Below, one piece after another: positions 23,407 to 33,069 of a stretch of DNA of 64,000 nt (the stretch's first letter is position 1; each line of letters begins with the position of its first letter). This stretch comes from a virus (Duplodnaviria > Caudoviricetes): IMG/VR virus record IMGVR_UViG_2645728028_000002, positions 64,001-128,000 of that record; one strand, written 5' to 3'. The notes beneath the pieces are model-generated. The model saw only the letters and a list, made by a program, of their open reading frames with translations, was not told where the DNA came from and ran no database searches. The position numbers and the translations under genes were made by a program.

Positions 23407-24456
23407 ATGTTGGCTCAAAATGTAGTTAAACTTAATAACTCTAAGATATATGATCAGATACAGAAATACTTAGATAAACACAGTTATAATAGTGAAAGTA
23501 CAAAAACAGCATACTTAAATGACATTAAATTATTCTTTAGGATTATTAAAAACAAAGAAATTGAATACTTAACAATTGATGACGTACAAATAACCTTGGA
23601 TGATTTCGAAGACTTTATTAAGTACTTATATGACTGGAAAGACGAAGAGGGAAATAAGAAATATGTTAATAAAACAATTAACAGAAAAGTTTCTGCTGCT
23701 AAAGGATTAATTAAGTATTTATCAGCAAAAAAAATTAATGGAGAATATATTGTAAAAGATATTTCATACTTTCCAAATATAAATTCTTTACCTGAATCAA
23801 AGAACCAACACGGAGTTTTAGAGGCTAGTGAGGTATTTGAAATGGCTGAACTTGCTCTGGGAGAGAGGGAAAAGGGAGAAATAAAGCGATTAGCAATTTT
23901 GCTTTCATTAGATAGCTGCATAAGAAAATCAGCTTTGCTATCTCTTAAATGGTCTAATTTCATTGAGAAAGAAGATGGATACTTACTTCAAGGGGTAGAC
24001 AAAGGGAATAGTGATTTCAGACAATTAATATCTAAAGAATTATATAACGAATTGTTATCCATTAGGACTAAATCAGACTGTGTATTTGATATTAGCGCAG
24101 ATTCTTTGGATGGAATGTTCAAACGATTACGTGAAAAGATGAAGATTGAACCCAATAGAAGAATAGTGTGGCATTCTATACGTAAATCAGGAATAACTTA
24201 TAGATATAGATTAACTGGAGATATATTAGAGGCAAAAAGAGCAGCTAATCATGCGAATATTACCACAACCCAGATATACCTAGAAGAAGAGGATTATGGA
24301 GCAATGGGAGCTGTTTCATCTAAAGGATACCTTGACATGGATCTATATAAAAAAGTTGATCATGAAATATTACTTGAAGCAATTGAATTGATGAAGAAAG
24401 ATGCTAAGTTGATTCTAAATATGAAAATAAAGGAAATTTTAAAACAAAATAATTAA
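23407..24456 (+). CDS. yopP: Tyrosine recombinase, YopP/SroD-like, catalytic residues intact
   Basis: SAM-like N-domain; CIRKS (R), VDKGN (K), HSIR (HxxR), ANH (H), TTTQIY (Y); position before yopQ/yopR-like genes. Confidence 0.82.
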   Translation: MLAQNVVKLNNSKIYDQIQKYLDKHSYNSESTKTAYLNDIKLFFRIIKNKEIEYLTIDDVQITLDDFEDFIKYLYDWKDEEGNKKYVNKTINRKVSAAKGLIKYLSAKKINGEYIVKDISYFPNINSLPESKNQHGVLEASEVFEMAELALGEREKGEIKRLAILLSLDSCIRKSALLSLKWSNFIEKEDGYLLQGVDKGNSDFRQLISKELYNELLSIRTKSDCVFDISADSLDGMFKRLREKMKIEPNRRIVWHSIRKSGITYRYRLTGDILEAKRAANHANITTTQIYLEEEDYGAMGAVSSKGYLDMDLYKKVDHEILLEAIELMKKDAKLILNMKIKEILKQNN

Positions 24457-24464
24457 CAGAATGG

Positions 24465-24524
24465 TTTACATTCCTGTCTCATTAATTTAGAATTGAGATA
24501 TACGCTAACGCATAATGAGACAGG
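24465..24524 (+). promoter_or_regulatory. Internal promoter overlapped by a 12-bp perfect inverted repeat
   Basis: TTTACA-17-TAGAAT; CCTGTCTCATTA (24473)-N28-TAATGAGACAGG (24513). Confidence 0.65.
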
Positions 24525-24548
24525 GAGTTAATTGGAAAGGAGATTACA

Positions 24549-25904
24549 ATGAAAACTGCTACAAATAGAACAGATTTAGAGCAAACTTTATCTGAAGTAA
24601 TTAAATCAGCAAAACTTAAAAGAAAGAACAATCGTGATACAGAGGATATTAAGGAATATTTAAATAAGAACTATGATATATTCTCTGGTGATATTCAAGG
24701 TTGGATTAATGATCCGGAAGGCGAATTACCTAATTTAGATATAAGAGAGTTATTTTTATTAACTGAGCAAGTTTATGCTAAAACAGGTAATTTATCAATC
24801 AACCCTGAAGACTACTTTACTGAGGCAGAAATTAAAGAAGCAAGACAATTTAGCGGAATAATGGAACAAAAAGAAAACGAAATTGATTTTCCAATAACTG
24901 TTCGGAACGCAACAATAGTTGGTAATAGTGCATATATGGTAACACTTGATATTAAGACAATTGATCAATTAATTGAAAATCAGTTACTTCATTATAACTA
25001 TGAACTACAACGTGAACATAAAATTGTAAAAAGAAAAGATAAAGTAATCATTGAACCTACATTAAATATGAAAAATGTTAAAGAGATCTCGCAGCATTTA
25101 ATTGAGGGAACATTAGTTCCTACAGTATTAGTATTTAATGCTGCTACTCGTTCAGCAGACAAAGGTACAGAATTAGTATTTGATCCTAAAAAACTAGAAT
25201 TAACTATCACTAAAGGAACAAAGATGGACATTGTAGATGGATATCACCGATGCAGAGCTTCACAAAATGCATTACAAGTTAATCCAGATTTGAATTTCAA
25301 TTTTGCAGTATTAATAACAAATTATTCAACAAAAAAAGCCCAGCAGTATCAGGCACAGCTTGCAAAGGCTACGCCTATATCTAAGACACGTATTCAAGAA
25401 CTAGAAGCTAATCGACTAAGTGATACTGTCGTTCAACAATTAAGAGAAGAAAGTGATCTGAGAGGAAAGATATCTCAAACAAACAGAATTCATACAATAG
25501 GTGATGAATTAGTTGCATATAATGTATTAGCAGATACAATTGATGAGCAATTTAAAATGGAAACAAGAGCTGATGCAGCAGATGTTGGAGATTATCTAAC
25601 TGAATATTTCAATTTTGTAATTGGATCTTATCCAGATGAATTTGTTAATAATCCTAATGAAACAAGAAAAGAATCTTTAATCAACGATAACAATATGTTT
25701 GTTGGATATATTGTTCTAGCAAGAAGAATGTTGGAAAAAGATATAAAACCTAAAGAAGTTAGAAAGTATTTAAAGAATATAGATTTCAATAGAGATAATC
25801 AATTGTGGCAAGAAATTGAAGTACTAAATAATAAAGGCAATATTGAGAATACAACCAAGGCTAGAAAAGCCATTAGAGAATATTTTGATCAATTAGATAT
25901 ATAA
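24549..25904 (+). CDS. yopQ: DndB/DGQHR (ParB-like) domain protein, YopQ/SroE-like
   Basis: YNYELQR, IVDGYHR motif; SPbeta synteny. Confidence 0.78.
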   Translation: MKTATNRTDLEQTLSEVIKSAKLKRKNNRDTEDIKEYLNKNYDIFSGDIQGWINDPEGELPNLDIRELFLLTEQVYAKTGNLSINPEDYFTEAEIKEARQFSGIMEQKENEIDFPITVRNATIVGNSAYMVTLDIKTIDQLIENQLLHYNYELQREHKIVKRKDKVIIEPTLNMKNVKEISQHLIEGTLVPTVLVFNAATRSADKGTELVFDPKKLELTITKGTKMDIVDGYHRCRASQNALQVNPDLNFNFAVLITNYSTKKAQQYQAQLAKATPISKTRIQELEANRLSDTVVQQLREESDLRGKISQTNRIHTIGDELVAYNVLADTIDEQFKMETRADAADVGDYLTEYFNFVIGSYPDEFVNNPNETRKESLINDNNMFVGYIVLARRMLEKDIKPKEVRKYLKNIDFNRDNQLWQEIEVLNNKGNIENTTKARKAIREYFDQLDI

Positions 25905-25952
25905 GAACAAATAATGGAGATTTTTAAGACAAAAATATAGGGGTAATCTAAT

Positions 25953-26930
25953 ATGAGTAATAAAATATATAATTTAGATATTAAAGAGAAATTTCTATCC
26001 ACTTATGAAAATGAACAAACACAAAACACTTTGAAATATGTTTTTTACAGATCATATTCTGCAGAGGAATTATTAGAAAAAGACCTATATGATTTTACCA
26101 GCGATCAAATAAAAAAAGTAATAAAGAATACTAATCCACATTCATTAGTTACTGCAAAATCAACTACAAGATTTATTACACAGTATATCTCATGGGCAAT
26201 AGGAGAGGGTTTGAGAAGCAACCTAAATCCTTTAAAGGGTTTGGATGACTCATTTTATGAAGGATTAATCGATAAGACTAAGAAGATTCATTATAGCAAA
26301 GAAGAATTTATAGATCTTTTAGAGAAGTTACCTAATGCTCAGGATCAGGCTTTCTTAATGTTAATGTTCCATGGGATTATTGGTAATAAATTTGAAGAAC
26401 TTAGAGAGTTAAGCTATAACGATATTGATTGGAACAATAATAAAATAACATTAAGAAAACGTAATAACCAAATAATTGAAGTTGATGATGTAACTATGCG
26501 CTATCTTGAAAATGCTCATAAGCAGCAAGTTTATTTTACCTACAATGAAAAGAATGGTGAACATAGTGAGCGAGAACTATTACCTAATGAATATATCTTC
26601 AAAAGTTTAAAAAGCCCAAGAGCAAAAGAAGGAGAATCAGTTACACAAGCAGTACTGTATACTAGATTAACTAATATTAAGAAAGAATTTGATCTAGAAT
26701 ATTTAACACCAAATGCGGTTAAACAGTCGGGAATGATTTTTATGGCTGTTGAGCTATATAATGGGAAGCGGGATAAGTTAGAATATGAAGATTTTGAGAA
26801 AATAGGAAAGAAATTTGATTATTCAATGCTAAATAACAACGGCTACCAGTATTATAATACAACACTGATGAAGGAATTTTGCAATTCCAAAAATAGCAAA
26901 GAACTATACGACATAGAAATTGAATATTAA
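25953..26930 (+). CDS. yopR: Recombinase-fold master repressor, YopR/MrpR/SroF-like
   Basis: YNLDIKEKFL, EELLEKDLYDF, NAQDQAFLML, TPNAVKQSGM; integrase fold lacking R and HxxR; synteny. Confidence 0.82.
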   Translation: MSNKIYNLDIKEKFLSTYENEQTQNTLKYVFYRSYSAEELLEKDLYDFTSDQIKKVIKNTNPHSLVTAKSTTRFITQYISWAIGEGLRSNLNPLKGLDDSFYEGLIDKTKKIHYSKEEFIDLLEKLPNAQDQAFLMLMFHGIIGNKFEELRELSYNDIDWNNNKITLRKRNNQIIEVDDVTMRYLENAHKQQVYFTYNEKNGEHSERELLPNEYIFKSLKSPRAKEGESVTQAVLYTRLTNIKKEFDLEYLTPNAVKQSGMIFMAVELYNGKRDKLEYEDFEKIGKKFDYSMLNNNGYQYYNTTLMKEFCNSKNSKELYDIEIEY

Positions 26931-27319
26931 TTCTCAAAAAATATCCCTGATCCATTTTCAGGGATTACATAAAACTTAATGCAAAATAATCAATTATAAG
27001 TTAATGGTGTTTAATTGTTTTTAAAACTTATTGAAAATAATTAAATGTTATTAACTAGGAAAGATATAATAACAGAAAATTACTTTCATTCCAATTTTAC
27101 AAAATTAAAAAATTGGATTTAAAATCAGAAGAGATATGAAATTGTCAATAAAAAAGTTTTACTTTAGACACATTTTTAACAAATTCGACAAAATAAGACA
27201 AAGACACAATGGAAAAACTGTAGTAATATGTAAATATTAGTTGGCTTTTCTAAATGGAAGTTCACTATTTAGTGAATGGTAGGAAAGGACTAGGCATAAA
27301 ACCTTAGCCCTGCTCACCC

Positions 27320-27577
27320 TTAGAGTTTCCATTCATACAGATCATCAATTGAACATCTTAATACATTGGCAATTATTTTAGCATTAAATAATGACATTGT
27401 TCTGGAATTGCTAATGTATTCATTGATTTGCTGCTTTGAAATACCAGTTAATTCTGAGAGTTCAATTTGAGACATATCTGCTCTTTTTATTAAATCTAGG
27501 AGTAAGCATTTTCCGATTATGTCTTTTGGCATCGGAAAATCCTCCCAATTAAGAAATTTTAAGGCAATTGTTATCAT
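27320..27577 (-). CDS. yopS: XRE HTH protein, YopS-like
   Basis: GKCLLLDLIK..SQIELSELTGISKQQINEY..IDDLYEW; convergent after yopR as in SPbeta. Confidence 0.75.
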   Translation of the reverse strand: MITIALKFLNWEDFPMPKDIIGKCLLLDLIKRADMSQIELSELTGISKQQINEYISNSRTMSLFNAKIIANVLRCSIDDLYEWKL

Positions 27578-27634
27578 ATCAGTTTATGGATTTAAAGACA
27601 ACTTTAAATATGTAATATTTTCTAATTTAACACA

Positions 27635-27695
27635 TTGTGTTCTATTGCCGTTCGGTTTATAATAGAATTACGAACAAATAGCGAACATTTGTTCC
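27635..27695 (+). promoter_or_regulatory. Promoter with LexA (DinR) SOS box
   Basis: TTGTGT-17-TATAAT (27635-27663); CGAACATTTGTTCC at 27682-27695 matches CGAAC-N4-GTTCG; extra half-site CGAAC at 27671. Confidence 0.75.
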
Positions 27696-27774
27696 TTGTA
27701 AATAGGAGGCGGATCAAAAATTTAACAAGGGTTTAAGTTACAATGGGGATAAGTTACTATTATTCATTAATATA

Positions 27775-28002
27775 ATGGGGGAAATAAAATTGAAAAACAC
27801 TGCTATTGTAAGGCTATCACTTGAGCTGCATATCGAGACGGACTTTGATTTAAGAACACTGGTAAATAAACTTCATCCATCAACGGTTGTAAACTTGAAG
27901 GTTGCAGAAATTCTTTCAGCAGATGGTAGCGTACATAATTCAGAAAATGCTACATTGCTGGAGTCCGAAATAATAGAGTTTGAGGATAATAGTGAAGAAT
28001 AA
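27775..28002 (+). CDS. Hypothetical protein, probably SOS-controlled
   Basis: ORF downstream of the SOS box; followed by hairpin GTCACT..AGTGAC. Confidence 0.6.
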   Translation: MGEIKLKNTAIVRLSLELHIETDFDLRTLVNKLHPSTVVNLKVAEILSADGSVHNSENATLLESEIIEFEDNSEE

Positions 28003-28223
28003 AAAATAGTCACTAAGCTAGACACTCAGTGACAAAGTGGATATGTACCAGTTAATTGGCAGTTAACTGTTTATGTTAAAACAATATTAACATAAAAGTT
28101 AGTAAATTAGAATTACAATAATGTAACAAGTTGGTCAAAAAATTATTACATTATGTATAGAATATATGCATTTTTCTTTGTGCATAATATCAATACACAA
28201 CGTAGTAAAGGGTTGATATATAT

Positions 28224-28700
28224 ATGCCTTGGGCTAAAAGAGCATACGAAATAACATTGAAGGTTTACAAAGAAGCACTGGCTGACTTTGTGACGCATCC
28301 AAGAAATGAAGATTTAATCATAAAGGAATGGCTTGTTAGAGCAGAAGTTCTTAAGCATAATTTTACAAAAAGACAATTTATCATTTTAAATTTTATTTAC
28401 ACATTATCATTTACGTATGGTAAAGAACATGCTATTATTCCGAAACTTCAGGACTTCGAACTGGCAGGAATATCTAAAAAGCACATTACTGAAGAATTAA
28501 GAAAACTGGAAGCAATGAATGTAATTTACTGCAATAGGAATGAAAAGCTGTATAAAATTGAAGAGCCTAGATTTTGGAATGTTCCATATAATGTTGGTTT
28601 TAACGATGACAGATCCAGAGAACTATTTCTTCTTAATTTAAAACATGCTGGTGTGGATATTCAGCCAATAGTTGAAAAGTTAAAAGAGATGGGTTACTGA
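28224..28700 (+). CDS. Winged-helix protein resembling phage replication-protein N-terminal domains
   Basis: FTKRQFIILNFIYTLSF..LAGISKKHITEELRKLEAMNVI. Confidence 0.5.
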   Translation: MPWAKRAYEITLKVYKEALADFVTHPRNEDLIIKEWLVRAEVLKHNFTKRQFIILNFIYTLSFTYGKEHAIIPKLQDFELAGISKKHITEELRKLEAMNVIYCNRNEKLYKIEEPRFWNVPYNVGFNDDRSRELFLLNLKHAGVDIQPIVEKLKEMGY

Positions 28701-28927
28701 TATTTTTTTTTACACAACGTCCCCAAAATAGGGACTCTGAAAATGGGAGTAACTTACGAACTAAGACAAATCTCACAATAATAATTAGCAGCTCATCAAT
28801 GTATCTACATCAATGTTTTATAGGTATATTTGGTGAGCTTTTATTATTGTAGTAAAATTAAATAATTATATAAAATCAGTGTTTTATCGGATGGGGGAAT
28901 TAAGTTATAAATAATTGGAAAAAGTTG

Positions 28928-28956
28928 TTGACTTCTAAAATAAAATAATTTAATAT
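28928..28956 (+). promoter_or_regulatory. SigA-type promoter with repeated operator, heading array 2
   Basis: TTGACT-17-TAATAT containing ATAAAATAATTTAATA. Confidence 0.75.
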
Positions 28957-29194
28957 AAAGATAGTTAATGAACGGGAGAGGTGATAAAGTGTTAGCGCTG
29001 AGATACATACAAACACTGATCAATAACGGACAACAAGCGTTCGATAAAGTAAACAAAGACAATAATGAAATTACTGAGTTGGATATTCAGCAAGCTTTAG
29101 GCTTACTTGATCTTGAGAGGGACTTAGAAGCAGCTAAGATATTGCTTAGGGAAGAATTGAAGGAAAGAAGATTAACAAAGGAGGATGGTTTATA

Positions 29195-29929
29195 ATGAAA
29201 TATATGCATGATGTATGGGTAAACTTCTTTGAAAGAGAGGAAAATGGATATAACGTATGTGAATTTCATGAATGGAAAAAGGACGATAGTGTAGAATTAA
29301 TGGATCAAATACCGTTATTAAGAGTCGATAGTGAACTATATAACTATTTATTAAACAGTCTTCAACAAATTCCACAAGAAATACTAAACTTAGTAAGGAA
29401 TAAATCTTATCTTAGAAAGAATCACGAAAGAGTACGAGTGGAATATGGATTTATTATTACAGATGGTTTTGATGTATTGGCAATAGAAACTGAAGGATAT
29501 GATTTCCCACTTAAAAAGAGTAAATTGATTCCAAGGCAAAGTAGACTTGCTTTAGAATTGGCAGAAGTCAATGATTCAGTAATTAAGATGCCAGACAGTC
29601 TTTCTGTTAACAAGGAATATAACTTGCTCTCACCTGATCCAGCTACTATGCAGGGATTGACAAGAAAAGAGCGCTCACTAAAGCAATTACTTTTTATAGG
29701 CTTATGCGATCTTAAAGAAAGTAGAAACTTAGATAAGCTGAGATACGTGTATTCAGAATTTAATATTAATAATTATTCAAATGTAAAAGAATTTGATTTC
29801 GATGAATTGTTTAATGCGTTGATGGAAGAAGTGTCAGATGGATGGTCAGAATCGCATAATGAATTCTGCAAGTTAATTACATATGGTCAAATACATTTAG
29901 AAAAATTATATGAAATCCAATCAAAATAA
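29195..29929 (+). CDS. yjbA: YjbA/DUF3603 family protein (host homologue = MdfA, forespore ClpC adaptor)
   Basis: YMHDVWVNFFEREENGYNVCEFHEWKKDDSVELMDQIPLLRV..KKSKLIPRQ..LLSPDP..GLTRKERSLKQLL. Confidence 0.85.
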   Translation: MKYMHDVWVNFFEREENGYNVCEFHEWKKDDSVELMDQIPLLRVDSELYNYLLNSLQQIPQEILNLVRNKSYLRKNHERVRVEYGFIITDGFDVLAIETEGYDFPLKKSKLIPRQSRLALELAEVNDSVIKMPDSLSVNKEYNLLSPDPATMQGLTRKERSLKQLLFIGLCDLKESRNLDKLRYVYSEFNINNYSNVKEFDFDELFNALMEEVSDGWSESHNEFCKLITYGQIHLEKLYEIQSK

Positions 29930-29968
29930 AATAAAAAGGCGATTTGATTTGAAAAAGGAGATGAAAAA

Positions 29969-30547
29969 ATGGCAGGTCATGAAAAGGTATTTAAAGGAGT
30001 TGCAATTGGTAGATATTTTGATGAACCAGAAAAGTTATCTAAGGATCTTCAGAAACATGTTAAAGGCGATGTTGTATTCTTCTGCGTAGGTACTGACAGA
30101 AATACAGGAGATTCATTTGCTCCATTTATAGGAACATTTCTAAAGGAAAAAGGATATGAGAATGTGATTGGTACAATTGATGATCCTGTACATGCTACTA
30201 ACCTTGATGAGAAGATTAAAGATATTCCAGAAGATAAAACAGTCCTAGCAATTGATGCTTGTATGGGAAGATTAAAAAGTGTTGGGAATATTGTTTTGAA
30301 CAGTGGAGCTTTACGTGCTGGAGCAGGAGTAGGGAAGGACTTAACACCTGTTGGAGATTTTCATATCCAAGGTATAGTAAATGTTGATGGAGGGTTTAGT
30401 GGGGAGTTAAGTGCGATGATTTTAGGTAGCACAAGATTGTCATTTGTATTAAATCTTGCTAAACAATGTGTAGCAGCAATTGAAGAATCATTTCCATTAC
30501 ATAATGAAGAAACTGATACTAAACCGTTAATGAAAATAATCAAATAA
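29969..30547 (+). CDS. yyaC: Spore protease YyaC family
   Basis: CVGTDRNTGDSFAPFIG, GTIDDPVHATNL, AIDACMG, GAGVGKDLTPVGD. Confidence 0.88.
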   Translation: MAGHEKVFKGVAIGRYFDEPEKLSKDLQKHVKGDVVFFCVGTDRNTGDSFAPFIGTFLKEKGYENVIGTIDDPVHATNLDEKIKDIPEDKTVLAIDACMGRLKSVGNIVLNSGALRAGAGVGKDLTPVGDFHIQGIVNVDGGFSGELSAMILGSTRLSFVLNLAKQCVAAIEESFPLHNEETDTKPLMKIIK

Positions 30548-30771
30548 AGGAGGTTTGTTAGAATGGTGGTGCAAAGCGAAAAAGGAAATAAGATTGGTAA
30601 AAAGATTGAGGATCTTATGGAATCTTTAATTTGTGGATTTGAAGAAGATGAGGAAATGTTGGAGCGTGAAATTAATAAGTTGCAGGAACAGTATTTCGCC
30701 ATTGAGGGAAGATACTTTAGATCAGTATTGGAAAACTAAATAATAAGATTGCTTATAGGAAGGATGGAAAT

Positions 30772-32690
30772 ATGAGAAAATTATTTAAGGAAGATGAATT
30801 TGACAGGATAAATGCAGAACTGGTAAACAGTATCATTCCTGCTGAATCCCTAAATGGTTATTTTAACTTAGGAGTAGCACAGACTTTAAGTACTCTAACT
30901 GATATCGCTAACCAATACATTAATGGACAATACAGCAAAGAACTAGATGCAGTAGACTTGAAGAAAATTATTGTTGAGTTAATGTGTCAAAATAAAGAGG
31001 CAAGGACTTACTTTGATAGATTAAGAAATGATGGTATTAAATTAAATCATGAGGATTTCAGTTAATAAGATTGTTTTATAAGGAGTGTATATAATTGAAT
31101 GAATTGAAGGTTGCGCTGGATAGTTATTTTGAATTTAGTCCTAAAGCAAAGGAAATAAAAGATTGGGCAGGCTGTAACTACTATGTTAATAGAGGCAATA
31201 ATGATTGTGAGCCAATAGGTACTGCTACATCAATGCATGATTGCTTAGATTGTGAAAGAATTGATTATTGTAAGATTAAGATGAGTGCTCCAATTTGGGA
31301 AATAAATGACGAAAGAGTTAAAGAGTTAAATAAAAAGTGGAGAGAAATGCACAGTAAATAAAACATACATTTTATAGTAAATAATTTAACAAAAAGGAGT
31401 GGACATGGTGCTAAATGAGACACTTGATAAATTAATACAGGAAGAAATAGATAAAGGTATTGAAGAAATTAAAGATGATTATTCGAGAGTAAAGAGCGAT
31501 TTTGATAATCTTAGGAAAAAATTAAGAGAAAAAACCAATGAAGTTAATGGTCTAAAAAGACTTGAAGATCAAATGAATGTGTTTAAAACTTTTCAAGACA
31601 CAATTAGCAAGGATAATATTGAGGAATTAATTCATCACTTAAACATGGAGCAGCAGGAAATTGACTTCAATGGTATGGATTCAGATAGAATTCCAGTTTG
31701 GTTTAAACTTTTATGTACATATTATCATGATAAAGAAAAAATATTTGAAATTATGGACTTGTTTAACATCACATATCCTAGCTGGGCGAAAACATTTAAA
31801 ATGCCATTCGATTATGGAAAAGAAGAATTAAATTTAGTATTTGAATATTTGGGTAAGATGTACGTGTGTAACGGACAAATTTTCAGTGGAAACATGGGAT
31901 TCTTCTTTACATATCAAAATAGATATAATGGTGATTTAGAAGCTTTATTTAGAAAAGAGTCTTACGTGGAAATTCCTTGGAATTTGTTATTGCAGAATCC
32001 ATTACTTACTACAGAGGAGTATTTTTCTAAGATTATCAAAGCATTAAAAGAAAAACGATATCACTCAGAGTATTTTTTCATGATACAAAACTATCAAGAG
32101 CTAACAAAAGAGCAAGTAAATCTGATCGCGGAACACCTTCCAACAACCCAACTTTACAGTTATCACACAAACTTCTTAAGCAAGAACAAAGGAATTTTCA
32201 AAGTTCGCACAGACTTAGCAGAAATGTTTAAAGATAGGATTAAGAATAATCACTATTCTGAATTCCACTATTTAAATTATCCAATTGAAATGCAAAAGGT
32301 ATTTGTATTGAAAGAGTCACTGAGTGGAGATAGGTATACATTCGAAATGGTTAAAAATATGGATATCAGCGTTGAGGATAAAGTTGAATTATTAAGTAAG
32401 ATTGCTACTAATCTACTTAATAAGGAGAATTAAAGTTTTAATAAAATGCGAATTTCATTGGGAAATGGAGGTGCAAAATGAATAAATATAACGTATCTTT
32501 TTCAATGTTTCCAATAGTAAATAATAAAATAACGTCAAAGGGTCACTTCTCCAACTGTAAAACTAGTATCCAAGGTAATACATTTGATGAAGCAGTAGAG
32601 AATTTTAAGAAGCAGAAACTTGAAGAGGGCTGGGCAATTGGATTTTTAGTTGAAGGAGATATTTCTAAGGTTGAGTTTTTTGACATATAA
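30772..32690 (+). CDS. Hypothetical proteins (30772-31065, 31095-31361, 31399-32433, 32478-32690)
   Basis: Each preceded by a junction palindrome and an RBS. Confidence 0.7.
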
Positions 32691-32694
32691 AAAA

Positions 32695-32714
32695 GAGGGG
32701 AAATTAATCCCCTC
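32695..32714. terminator. Terminator hairpin between convergent genes
   Basis: GAGGGGA-AATTAA-TCCCCTC with an A tract on the left. Confidence 0.65.
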
Positions 32715-32719
32715 ACAAA

Positions 32720-32959
32720 CTAGTGTAGTTGGCTTTGATTATTAACAGTTTGGTTGATCAATACAGGATTAACAACTTGTTCTTGGGACATCTCAACTAA
32801 TTGCTGCTTACCTAGTTCAATTAACTTCTGAGTAATTTTCCCACCGACTGCACCATTCATACGAGCAGTTGTATCAGAACCAAGTTCAATACCCATCTCA
32901 GCAGCAGTTACACGTTTTAGTTGTTCAAGAGCCATTTCAATAGTTGTTTGATTCATCAT
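32720..32959 (-). CDS. Alpha/beta-type small acid-soluble spore protein
   Basis: ALEQLK..AAEMGIELGSDTTARMNGAVGGKITQKLIELGKQQL; RBS AGGAG. Confidence 0.9.
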   Translation of the reverse strand: MMNQTTIEMALEQLKRVTAAEMGIELGSDTTARMNGAVGGKITQKLIELGKQQLVEMSQEQVVNPVLINQTVNNQSQLH

Positions 32960-33069
32960 ATTGTATCAACTCCTGTAAGTTATTCAAGTCATGTTCGACT
33001 TGTTACTCTTAGTATAAATTAATTTAGTATATGAGTATATAGATGATAAAAGGAAAAGGAGGAAGTTAA

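Noticed and set aside
25953-26930. Active integrase
   Set aside because: Catalytic R and HxxR are missing; fits the MrpR-type repressor
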